DNA from: a virus
Lineage: Duplodnaviria > Caudoviricetes
DNA length: 64,000 nucleotides
Virus record (IMG/VR): IMGVR_UViG_3300034375_009028
Strand: one strand, 5' to 3'
The position numbers and the translations under genes were made by a program. Below the pieces are notes generated by a model, which worked only from the letters and a program-made list of their open reading frames with translations, was not told the origin of the DNA and made no database searches. Shown piece after piece: positions 38,683 to 45,174 of the stretch; the stretch's first letter is position 1, and each line of letters starts with the position of its first letter.

Positions 38683-39493
38683 ATATTTTATTCATATAAT
38701 TGGAAGAATGTAGTGGAGATATTTTTTCAAACATCTTTGTGTTATTTGGACACATAGAACAAACAGGTTCTTCTTGTCTACTAAAAAAATCAATAACCTT
38801 AATGTCACTATCTGTTGGTAGTAATGGTTTATATCTCAAATAAGGATTCCATTTAGATGACAATTTATCTCCATACTTTTGTTTTTGTACTGGCAAATAC
38901 GCAAGTGGCGCACATTTATATATTTTAAAATCATTCAAGGTAAAATTATTTTGACCACCTGGGCAGTTATCCCAAGACTTTTTATAGTCATAAGTACCAA
39001 GTGGCTCTATAGAAGACCCATACCCACTATACGTTTTTAACCAGTAATTAGATGCATCATGAATTCTATAATTCACACCAGATTCAATTATTTTTGAAAT
39101 AGACTTTTCAAATAACCTAACATAATTTAAATCTTTGGAATGCTTTGTTATTGTCAGTATGCATTTATTTTTCTTTAGAGCCTCAGTTAATCCAGGAACT
39201 CTATCAAAAAGAAGTCCATTAGACACCAACTCAAGTTCTTGATCATCTTGAACATCCCAAACTTCTTTGGTCATGTATATTATATCTACAATTTGTTTAT
39301 TGAGTAATGGTTCTCCACCCAACATAGAAAGTTCTAATGGTCTTATTCTCTTATTCCAAGAGAGATACCATTTCTCCAACAAATCTAAACTAAAATTTTG
39401 CCTATAACCATCATTAGTATAATGCCCGCACCCCTGACATGTAAAATTACATGAATGAGTTACGTGCCATTCTAAATGAGATATTGTCAACAT
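38669..39493 (-). CDS. Radical SAM protein with a Cys-containing C-terminal extension
   Basis: CNFTCQGC (CxxxCxxC), GGEPLLN, SNGLL, and C-terminal WDNC..KC..CSMCP (Twitch/SPASM-like). Confidence 0.88.
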   Translation of the reverse strand: MLTISHLEWHVTHSCNFTCQGCGHYTNDGYRQNFSLDLLEKWYLSWNKRIRPLELSMLGGEPLLNKQIVDIIYMTKEVWDVQDDQELELVSNGLLFDRVPGLTEALKKNKCILTITKHSKDLNYVRLFEKSISKIIESGVNYRIHDASNYWLKTYSGYGSSIEPLGTYDYKKSWDNCPGGQNNFTLNDFKIYKCAPLAYLPVQKQKYGDKLSSKWNPYLRYKPLLPTDSDIKVIDFFSRQEEPVCSMCPNNTKMFEKISPLHSSNYMNKIYGNK

Positions 39494-39507
39494 TGTTTTA
39501 TGAAAAT

Positions 39508-39533
39508 AAAAAAAGGGGGATGGTCAATCCCCC
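39508..39533 (-). terminator. Rho-independent terminator
   Basis: GGGGGAT-TGACC-ATCCCCC followed by T7. Confidence 0.85.
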
Positions 39534-39755
39534 AGAGCACATGCACGCCACCAATTTTATTATTTTAGATGATAAATTGGAAAACATCCACACGGAAGGG
39601 GATTTTTTCGGTGTAACCACCACTAAATTTTTGACTGGAATTTAGAAACCAGGCGGGAGTTATCCCATCCGCACCAGGGTTTTTAACGTGTCTCCATCAC
39701 GGGCATTTTTTGGGAAGACTCCACCAGTACTGTTATAGTCCATCCGTGACTCAAG
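39534..39755 (-). ncRNA. Structured RNA resembling the cyanophage manA RNA motif
   Basis: Intergenic and rich in short stems, with four UGGUG elements. GAGTCACGGATGGAC..ACTGGTGGAGTC, CCCTGGTGCGGATGGG and CCCCTTCCGTGTGG match my recollection of manA RNAs. The position just downstream of tRNAs also fits. Needs an Rfam check. Confidence 0.65.
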
Positions 39756-39758
39756 TTT

Positions 39759-39986
39759 TTAAATAGCTTCTACAGAAGAAGTAATTTCTTCCATATCTTG
39801 ACTAATATAATCGATTAGAATTTCATAATCATCCATAGGATCACCAGAGAAGACAACGCCCTCATTTTCATAAAAACGTCGAACCTTTTTATACAACTTT
39901 GGATTTTTTACATCCAAATAAAAATCACCATTTGCTGCTGCTTGAAGAGTTTGAATGTCTTTTTTGAATTTAGTGATAAGAGTCAT
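39759..39986 (-). CDS. Conserved cyanomyovirus hypothetical protein; start revised to MTLITKFKKD
   Basis: YLDVKNPKLYKKVRRFYENEGVVFSGDP.DDYE; the longer ORF would overlap the tRNA. Confidence 0.75.
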   Translation of the reverse strand: MTLITKFKKDIQTLQAAANGDFYLDVKNPKLYKKVRRFYENEGVVFSGDPMDDYEILIDYISQDMEEITSSVEAI

Positions 39987-40038
39987 TGTCTTGAATGTTG
40001 ACCTTAAAGTATAATGTCTAGGGTAAATAATTACCCTA

Positions 40039-40111
40039 TGCTCCTTGCGTGGATCGAACACGCCTCAGGCGAATTATGAGTTCGCTGCATTCACCAGATT
40101 GCTAAAGGAGC
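40039..40111 (-). tRNA. tRNA with CAU anticodon (Met or lysidine Ile2)
   Basis: GCTCCTT/AAGGAGC acceptor, GCGAA-CTCATAA-TTCGC anticodon arm, TTCGATC T-loop. Confidence 0.9.
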
Positions 40112-40205
40112 AAGTGGGAAGAACCATGCCCTTCCCATACGACTCTACGGAAGATACCCGTAGTAGAAGTTGGCGTCTACTTAGTTAATCGCTAAGGACT
40201 ACCAA
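40112..40205 (-). ncRNA. Candidate three-hairpin RNA in the tRNA-Ile to tRNA-CAU spacer
   Basis: Stems TTGGT.GTC-CTTAG/CTAAG..GAC-GCCAA, CTACGG/CCGTAG and TGGGAAG/CTTCCCA fill the whole spacer. Confidence 0.45.
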
Positions 40206-40277
40206 TAGGACTGCTGGGAATTGAACCCAGTTCACACCGTTATAAGCAGTGGGCCTTAACCAATAGGCGACAGTCCC
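40206..40277 (-). tRNA. tRNA-Ile(UAU)
   Basis: GGGACTG/CAGTCCT acceptor, CACTG-CTTATAA-CGGTG anticodon arm, GTTCAATTC. Confidence 0.92.
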
Positions 40278-40288
40278 ATGAAGAGAAG

Positions 40289-40420
40289 TTAATTTAAGGA
40301 GGACCCGATTAACTTCGACTTAAGCATTTTAGCACGTTTTTTTGCTGACCGCAATGCTTGTGGTTTTAAATGGCGCTTCTGTTCTTTTTTAGAATGATGC
40401 TGCCAGTTCGGGGTGGTCAT
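40289..40420 (-). CDS. Small basic conserved cyanophage protein, 43 aa (MTTPNWQHHSKKEQKRHLKPQALR...)
   Basis: Hand-translated; lies behind a consensus early promoter. Confidence 0.7.
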   Translation of the reverse strand: MTTPNWQHHSKKEQKRHLKPQALRSAKKRAKMLKSKLIGSSLN

Positions 40421-40443
40421 CGATCTTGTTTGGATGGTTCGCT

Positions 40444-40472
40444 ATTATAATATAGCATTTTTAGAAAGTCAA
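40444..40472 (-). promoter_or_regulatory. Sigma70-type early promoter
   Basis: TTGACT-17 nt-TATAAT. Confidence 0.85.
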
Positions 40473-40657
40473 CAAGCCTCATCGTGATTTGTATAGATTT
40501 GTAGGAGTGAATCATCATACGGAATCATTACAGCATTATTTCCACCCTCCCCAACAATAACTATATGCTCTCCTTTTTCAACCCTATCAATCAATTCATC
40601 CCAGTTCTGTTGAAATTCTTTAACTGTATATTTTGGAAGTGATTCGTAATCTTTCAT
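40469..40657 (-). CDS. Phd/YefM antitoxin-like protein, 62 aa
   Basis: TVKEFQQNWDELIDRVEKGEHIVI.GEGGNNAVMIP follows the Phd/YefM N-terminal pattern. Confidence 0.6.
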   Translation of the reverse strand: MKDYESLPKYTVKEFQQNWDELIDRVEKGEHIVIVGEGGNNAVMIPYDDSLLQIYTNHDEAC

Positions 40658-41235
40658 TTTAATTTAGGTCCATACATCCAAGTAACTAGAGAAGTTCTAT
40701 TTCCTCTTAATATTGGAGTTACCCTATGAGGTGTTCTAGAATCAAAAATAATAATACTTCCCCTTTCTTTTGGTGCTTTAATTATATTACCAGAGTAATC
40801 CATAAGTTCCAAATCACCTCCATCATAATCTGCAGGATCCGTCACTAATAAACTAGCACTTAACTTCCTAGTATAATTGGAATACTGTGAAGTTCCATAA
40901 TCACAATGCCAATGGTAATGACCCTCTTTACCATATGAGGTTACTTGTATAGACTGTAATATATTTAAATCATATTCCCAACACTGACTATTTGCTACTC
41001 CAATGTAATGGGAAAATAAACTAGATACCCAATGAGTTTCATACCACCATCTAATTTTAGAATTTCTAATTTTTAAATCTTTAAATCCAACATTAGTATC
41101 ACTTCCACCAACTCTTGCTTCTTCTGGATCTTCAACGTTTTCAAGATCTTCAATTTCTTCAAGAATTAGATCAATAAGTTTTGGTGGAATTACTTCTTTA
41201 TAAAATATAAAAGAATCTGCAACAACGTGGGTCAT
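40654..41235 (-). CDS. 2OG-Fe(II) oxygenase (PKHD/P4Hc-like)
   Basis: HYHWHCD (HxD), RKLSAS, GGDLE, HRVTPI.RGNRTSLVTW. Confidence 0.9.
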   Translation of the reverse strand: MTHVVADSFIFYKEVIPPKLIDLILEEIEDLENVEDPEEARVGGSDTNVGFKDLKIRNSKIRWWYETHWVSSLFSHYIGVANSQCWEYDLNILQSIQVTSYGKEGHYHWHCDYGTSQYSNYTRKLSASLLVTDPADYDGGDLELMDYSGNIIKAPKERGSIIIFDSRTPHRVTPILRGNRTSLVTWMYGPKLK

Positions 41236-41255
41236 AATAAACTAATATAGTTTAA

Positions 41256-41329
41256 TCGGAGTGATAGGATTCGAACCTACGGCATCCGCCTCCCAAAGAC
41301 GGCGCTCTACCAAGCTGAGCTACACTCCG
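41256..41329 (-). tRNA. tRNA-Pro(UGG)
   Basis: CGGAGTG/CACTCCG acceptor, CCGTC-TTTGGGA-GGCGG anticodon arm. Confidence 0.95.
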
Positions 41330-41341
41330 TTAATAAAGTAT

Positions 41342-41370
41342 ATTATATATTAAAGTGTTGATTCTGTCAA
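41342..41370 (-). promoter_or_regulatory. Sigma70-type early promoter
   Basis: TTGACA-17 nt-TATAAT upstream of tRNA-Pro. Confidence 0.88.
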
Positions 41371-41487
41371 CTATTCTTCAAGATCTTCGTATAGTGGACA
41401 GGGTTCTTCAAATAAACATTCGATTCTAAGTTGATTTGTTCTATCGTAAAGATCCCTGTAAAAAATTTCCCTTTCTTCTTCGGTCAT
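41371..41487 (-). CDS. Small acidic hypothetical protein, 38 aa
   Basis: Hand-translated MTEEEREIFYRDLYDRTNQLRIECLFEEPCPLYEDLEE; ATGA overlap with the upstream ORF. Confidence 0.6.
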   Translation of the reverse strand: MTEEEREIFYRDLYDRTNQLRIECLFEEPCPLYEDLEE

Positions 41488-41666
41488 TTATCTTTGAATA
41501 AATCTTCTAGTTGTTTGCGGGTGTTGGTCATTTTTTCTTTTTCACGCTCTGAATGTTTATATCCATGCTTACCATGAAAAATAAAATGACCTTGGCATAT
41601 CATAGTTATACCAAAAAGGAATAGGGTCACTACTCCTAACCATTCTACAATGTGATATTCAACCAT
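41484..41666 (-). CDS. Small membrane protein, 60 aa
   Basis: One hydrophobic helix followed by CQGHFIFHGKHGY. Confidence 0.6.
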   Translation of the reverse strand: MVEYHIVEWLGVVTLFLFGITMICQGHFIFHGKHGYKHSEREKEKMTNTRKQLEDLFKDK

Positions 41667-41860
41667 GGGAATACTGGTGGTATAACTCCTATCAATCTCA
41701 GTAGTCCTTCAGCAAATAAAGCAAGAACCACCCAACCGACGCACATACTAATGATAGAAGCATTACGGTTGTGTTGTCGTATTGCTGCATCAATCATCTC
41801 CTGACACTCTTGTTTTGTTATCAGACTATTATTTTTTGTCATTTGGATAATCCTTCTCAA
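41645..41860 (-). CDS. Small membrane protein, conserved in cyanophages
   Basis: ECQEMIDAAIRQHNRNASIISMCVGWVVLALFAEGLLRL. Confidence 0.65.
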   Translation of the reverse strand: MRRIIQMTKNNSLITKQECQEMIDAAIRQHNRNASIISMCVGWVVLALFAEGLLRLIGVIPPVFPWLNITL

Positions 41861-42083
41861 GCTCTGTAAGTCTTTTTGCCCAGGTTACTCCACCATCCAT
41901 ACCAACACATGGATTTATGCAAGTGTCATCTCCTAGTTTATTACAAACAAGTCCAGCAAGATCTAATTCATTTCCAGGTTTTCCTGTCCCCGACCAATAA
42001 TGTTGACCATTTAACCAAAGGGCTCCACACTTAGGACATTCTTTTCTTTCCAAAGAAAGATCAGAAACTTTTCTATTGTCCAT
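41829..42083 (-). CDS. Cys-rich (Zn-ribbon-like) hypothetical protein
   Basis: CPKC..W.NGQHYWSGTG...DLAGLVCN....CINP. Confidence 0.65.
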   Translation of the reverse strand: MDNRKVSDLSLERKECPKCGALWLNGQHYWSGTGKPGNELDLAGLVCNKLGDDTCINPCVGMDGGVTWAKRLTELEKDYPNDKK

Positions 42084-42291
42084 TTTCGTACTCCTTAAGG
42101 AACTTCTTAAAATCGGTCGTATCCTTAATAAGTTGCCTCTTAAGTCTCCAACCCATCCACTTCATTCTTACCAGTATGAAAAAATATCGAATCTGTAAAT
42201 CAGCATACTGAACGAGTTTCATGGTCTCATTATATCCAGCAAAGGCAACTAATGCCACGAATGTTAGCATTAGAAGATAAAAACCTGCCAT
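42073..42291 (-). CDS. Small membrane-anchored hypothetical protein
   Basis: N-terminal hydrophobic helix. Confidence 0.6.
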   Translation of the reverse strand: MAGFYLLMLTFVALVAFAGYNETMKLVQYADLQIRYFFILVRMKWMGWRLKRQLIKDTTDFKKFLKEYENGQ

Positions 42292-42364
42292 TTTAGATTC
42301 CCATATAGATCTATGTAGACATTAAATCATTTCTTAATTATTGAATGTCATTGTTGTTACTAAA

Positions 42365-42451
42365 CGGTGAGTCTCGGATTCGAACCGAGGGTGCCCGTGA
42401 AGACACATTAGTTTTCAAGACTAACGCAATAAACCGCTCTGCCAACTCACC
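42365..42451 (-). tRNA. tRNA-Ser(UGA)
   Basis: GGTGAGT/ACTCACC acceptor, TTAGT-CTTGAAA-ACTAA anticodon arm, long variable arm. Confidence 0.93.
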
Positions 42452-42806
42452 CTATAATTTCCAACAAACCAGCGTGTATTTTACGATGGCAGGGAGCACA
42501 GAGCATATAACATTTGTCTATCTCTGCTTGGATTGTCTCCCATTTATATCCTTTATGCGCTAAGGTTGCAACCTCTCTTTCTTTATTTGATTTATCTATA
42601 TGATGAAAATCAAAACAACAAGGAGGGTGATAATCACCACAAAGCTCACAACATCCACGATCCAGTTTAAGTTGATTCAATTTTTCAACCATTAACTGTT
42701 TATTGTTCTTTTCTCTTTGGTATTTTACCTTTTTGAATTCAGAACTTTGTTTTTGTGCCCAGAGTCGTTGTGCCTCTCTTTGCTTTTCTTTATCCTTGTA
42801 TGGCAT
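42447..42806 (-). CDS. HNH endonuclease, 119 aa
   Basis: CELC...FDFHHID...EIDKCYMLCAPCHRKIH. Confidence 0.85.
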   Translation of the reverse strand: MPYKDKEKQREAQRLWAQKQSSEFKKVKYQREKNNKQLMVEKLNQLKLDRGCCELCGDYHPPCCFDFHHIDKSNKEREVATLAHKGYKWETIQAEIDKCYMLCAPCHRKIHAGLLEIIG

Positions 42807-42819
42807 AAAGTTATTTATG

Positions 42820-42847
42820 GTTCTAATTTATTTATAAAAATTAGAAC
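42820..42847 (-). promoter_or_regulatory. Late promoter TATAAATA in the loop of a 10-bp hairpin upstream of the HNH gene
   Basis: GTTCTAATTT/AAATTAGAAC stem; tatttata at 42829-42836. Confidence 0.75.
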
Positions 42848-42849
42848 TT

Positions 42850-43098
42850 TTATCGGACTTCAAAATCCAATTTGCGAACTTTACGCTGTCTTCTCTGTTC
42901 TTGAAATTCAAGATCTTTTTGAGAGAGAACGTTCTTATTTTGTTCTTTATTGTTATAGTTTAACATAACAACTCTAGTTAAGTCAAGTGCTGTAACGCTA
43001 TCATTTTTTACGGTCATCATATTTGGACAACCACAAACTTGTGTTTTAAAAGTACTTGCAATCTCTCTATTGCAATCTTTGCATCTTACTACTAACAT
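42850..43098 (-). CDS. Conserved Zn-ribbon hypothetical protein
   Basis: VRCKDC...QVCGCPNM; TATAAATA at 43129-43136. Confidence 0.7.
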   Translation of the reverse strand: MLVVRCKDCNREIASTFKTQVCGCPNMMTVKNDSVTALDLTRVVMLNYNNKEQNKNVLSQKDLEFQEQRRQRKVRKLDFEVR

Positions 43099-43137
43099 AA
43101 TCTAACATCCAAATCACCGTAGATGATTTATTTATAA

Positions 43138-43209
43138 TGGGCGATACTGGAATCGAACCAGTGACTCATTCCTTGTAAGGGAATTACTCTACCGCTGAGT
43201 TAATCGCCC
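43138..43209 (-). tRNA. tRNA-Val(UAC)
   Basis: GGGCGAT/ATCGCCC acceptor, TTCC-CTTACAA-GGAA anticodon arm. Confidence 0.93.
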
Positions 43210-43219
43210 GATTCTTTTT

Positions 43220-43248
43220 ATTATAACAGACAAATATTATCTTGTCAA
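43220..43248 (-). promoter_or_regulatory. Sigma70-type early promoter
   Basis: TTGACA-17 nt-TATAAT upstream of tRNA-Val. Confidence 0.88.
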
Positions 43249-43589
43249 CTATCTCTACCATAGATATCATCATACCTTACAATATCATCCTCTTCAAGAT
43301 AAGAACCACTTTGTATCTCTATAATTTTTAGAGGAACAATACCTGGATTTGTAAGTCTATGTTTTTTAGTCTGTGGTATATAAGTACTTTGACCTTCTGC
43401 CAGCAAATAATTTTTATCTTCTAATTGAACTAATGCTGTTCCAGAAACAACCACCCAGTGCTCAGACCTGTGGTGGTGCATTTGTAAGGATAGACTGGCA
43501 GCAGGATTTACTTCTATTTGCTTTACTTTATATCTAGGACCAACATCAACAACTTTATACCATCCCCATGGTCTTTCAATCATCTCCAT
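43245..43589 (-). CDS. Mannose-6-phosphate isomerase type II cupin (ManC C-terminal-like)
   Basis: ERPWGWY, SLSLQMHHHRSEHWVVVSG, HRLTNPG..PL.IIEIQSGSYL.EDDIVR. Confidence 0.9.
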   Translation of the reverse strand: MEMIERPWGWYKVVDVGPRYKVKQIEVNPAASLSLQMHHHRSEHWVVVSGTALVQLEDKNYLLAEGQSTYIPQTKKHRLTNPGIVPLKIIEIQSGSYLEEDDIVRYDDIYGRDS

Positions 43590-43716
43590 TTTTTAATTCC
43601 TCCAAATAATCTATCCACCACTGAGGATCTTTTGTCATTCTCCATCTAGGAACATCCATTCCTTTCTCAGAATAATATTCAAATAAAGCACTATCTATAA
43701 TCTGTCCTATCTCCAT
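43576..43716 (-). CDS. Small hypothetical protein, 46 aa; start revised to MEIGQII
   Basis: EYYSEKGMDVPRWRMTKDPQWWIDYL; overlaps its neighbours like an operon gene. Confidence 0.55.
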   Translation of the reverse strand: MEIGQIIDSALFEYYSEKGMDVPRWRMTKDPQWWIDYLEELKNGDD

Positions 43717-43903
43717 ATTCCTCTTCCTCTTCATCAACGTCTGCATATGGATTTGCCACGAAGGGTCCTCGTTTTCGTAAAGGTTCTTTTCTGACATAAT
43801 CCGATTCAGCATTTACGGCTTCTACCCAAACTGCAAGTTTCATTACAATGAATATAATTGCAAGTGGCAAGAAACATGCCACAACTATTAAAGATTGAGT
43901 CAT
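43691..43903 (-). CDS. Small membrane protein, conserved in cyanophages
   Basis: Hydrophobic N-terminus, then NPYADVDEEEEEYGD. Confidence 0.65.
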   Translation of the reverse strand: MTQSLIVVACFLPLAIIFIVMKLAVWVEAVNAESDYVRKEPLRKRGPFVANPYADVDEEEEEYGDRTDYR

Positions 43904-43934
43904 GAAAATACCAAAAGTATTTGATCTATTTATA

Positions 43935-44007
43935 TGGAGAATAGGAGACTCGAACTCCTGACTTCAACCTTGCAAAGGTTGCACTCTACCAACTGAGTTA
44001 ATTCCCC
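43935..44007 (-). tRNA. tRNA-Ala(UGC)
   Basis: GGGGAAT/ATTCTCC acceptor, CAACC-TTTGCAA-GGTTG anticodon arm. Confidence 0.95.
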
Positions 44008-44127
44008 AGGTGGGGAGTGTTAGAGGACTCCCCTATAACGGGGGCGATCAACTCCCCGACCTAGAAGAAACCCCCTAGGATTTAGTTGCTACGGCATTCT
44101 GGTTTATCTTTCCAGCGCGAGTAGCAA
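44008..44127 (-). ncRNA. Candidate four-hairpin RNA in the tRNA-Thr to tRNA-Ala spacer
   Basis: TTGCTAC/GTAGCAA enclosing CTGG/CCAG, then CCTAG/CTAGG, CGGGG/CCCCG and GGGGAGT/ACTCCCC. Confidence 0.45.
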
Positions 44128-44201
44128 AGCCACTTACCCGACTTGAACGGGTGACCTGAGCTTTACAAAAACCCTGCTCTATCCAGCTGAGCTAAAGTGG
44201 C
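44128..44201 (-). tRNA. tRNA-Thr(UGU)
   Basis: GCCACTT/AAGTGGC acceptor, TTTGTAA loop. Confidence 0.92.
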
Positions 44202-44203
44202 AA

Positions 44204-44275
44204 CTCCACAACCTGGATTCGAACCAGGGACCAAGTGATTAACAGTCACCGACTCTACCGCTGAGCTATTGTGGA
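44204..44275 (-). tRNA. tRNA-Asn(GUU)
   Basis: TCCACAA/TTGTGGA acceptor, CTGTTAA loop. Confidence 0.95.
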
Positions 44276-44458
44276 TTAATAGGGTTTAACACCCTGTTCC
44301 TTGCAAAGTTTGAAGTAGAGTTTATAATACCTCTTCTTCATCTCATCAAGGATTTTGTTGTCCTCTTCAAAACCCAAGTACTTGGTATGGGCATAACACC
44401 CTTCAAGTTCACCTATTAATAATAAGATTTTTATTGGGTCCATAATGAATAAGGACAA
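44276..44458 (-). CDS. Small hypothetical protein between tRNA-Gly and tRNA-Asn
   Basis: Fills the spacer exactly; IGELEGCYAHTKYLGF..D..IL..MK.RYYKLYF. Confidence 0.6.
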   Translation of the reverse strand: MSLFIMDPIKILLLIGELEGCYAHTKYLGFEEDNKILDEMKKRYYKLYFKLCKEQGVKPY

Positions 44459-44459
44459 G

Positions 44460-44531
44460 AGCGGAGTATCGGAATCGAACCGACGACATCTAACTTGGAA
44501 GGATAGCGTTCTACCGCTGAACTAACTCCGC
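44460..44531 (-). tRNA. tRNA-Gly(UCC)
   Basis: GCGGAGT/ACTCCGC acceptor, CTTCCAA loop. Confidence 0.95.
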
Positions 44532-44824
44532 ATTTCTAGATGAACTTCTCTGTGACAGTTTGCACATAGCATAGAACACTTATCGAGTTCTGTCAAGATC
44601 TTGTTCCAAGACCAAAGGCGAATCTTATTCCAAGATGCTTCCTTCTGACTTGGATCAAGGTGGTGGAACTCTAACACATCAGGATATTTATCATATCCGC
44701 AGCGTTCACAAGAACCACCCTTATATGCTACAGCATCTAACTTACGTTGACGCCATCTTTGTATACAATACTGATTAAAAGAAGATTTCTCTTCTTCGTT
44801 CATCAGTTTATAAGGTTTACTCAT
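44522..44824 (-). CDS. HNH endonuclease, 100 aa
   Basis: CERC...LEFHHLDP...ELDKCSMLCANCHREVH. Confidence 0.87.
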   Translation of the reverse strand: MSKPYKLMNEEEKSSFNQYCIQRWRQRKLDAVAYKGGSCERCGYDKYPDVLEFHHLDPSQKEASWNKIRLWSWNKILTELDKCSMLCANCHREVHLEMRS

Positions 44825-44829
44825 AAGAT

Positions 44830-44858
44830 TAGATTAGAACGTTCTAATCTATTTAGTA
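44830..44858 (-). promoter_or_regulatory. Late-type box (TACTAAATA) overlapping a 22-bp perfect palindrome upstream of the HNH gene
   Basis: tagattagaacgttctaatcta at 44830-44851; atttagta at 44851-44858. Confidence 0.65.
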
Positions 44859-44865
44859 AACCAAG

Positions 44866-44938
44866 CAGGCAAGGTAGGACTCGAACCTACAATCGGCAAC
44901 TTAGAAGGTTGATGCATTATCCATTATGCTACTTGCCC
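44866..44938 (-). tRNA. tRNA-Arg(UCU)
   Basis: GGGCAAG/CTTGCCT acceptor, CTTCTAA loop. Confidence 0.92.
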
Positions 44939-44986
44939 AGGTGAGAGACTTACACAAGGTTTGGACCCCCCGTTGCTCATGAGACA

Positions 44987-45015
44987 ATCATAACACGTAA
45001 AGTGTAGATTGTCAA
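44987..45015 (-). promoter_or_regulatory. Sigma70-type early promoter
   Basis: TTGACA-17 nt-TATGAT. Confidence 0.75.
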
Positions 45016-45088
45016 CGGGGCATACGGGACTTGAACCCGTGATCTCCGCCGTGACAGGGCGGCGTCATAACCACTAGACCAATGCCCC
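45016..45088 (-). tRNA. tRNA-Asp(GUC)
   Basis: GGGGCAT/ATGCCCC acceptor, CTGTCAC loop. Confidence 0.95.
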
Positions 45089-45092
45089 AAGG

Positions 45093-45174
45093 TGGGTAGG
45101 GAGGGATTCGAACCCCCGAAGGCGGAGCCGACGGATTTACAGTCCGTTTCCATTAACCACTCGGACACCTACCC
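45093..45174 (-). tRNA. tRNA-Tyr(GUA)
   Basis: GGGTAGG/CCTACCC acceptor, CTGTAAA loop, long variable arm. Confidence 0.95.

Noticed and set aside
39462-39490. TTGACA near the radical SAM start as a promoter
   Set aside because: It lies inside the ORF (ATG TTG ACA) and has no correctly spaced -10.
39451-39645. Plus-strand 64-aa ORF
   Set aside because: It is antisense to the terminator and structured RNA and has no coding features.
42345-45168. ORFs 42345-42563, 44747-44944 and 44977-45168
   Set aside because: They run through tRNA genes.
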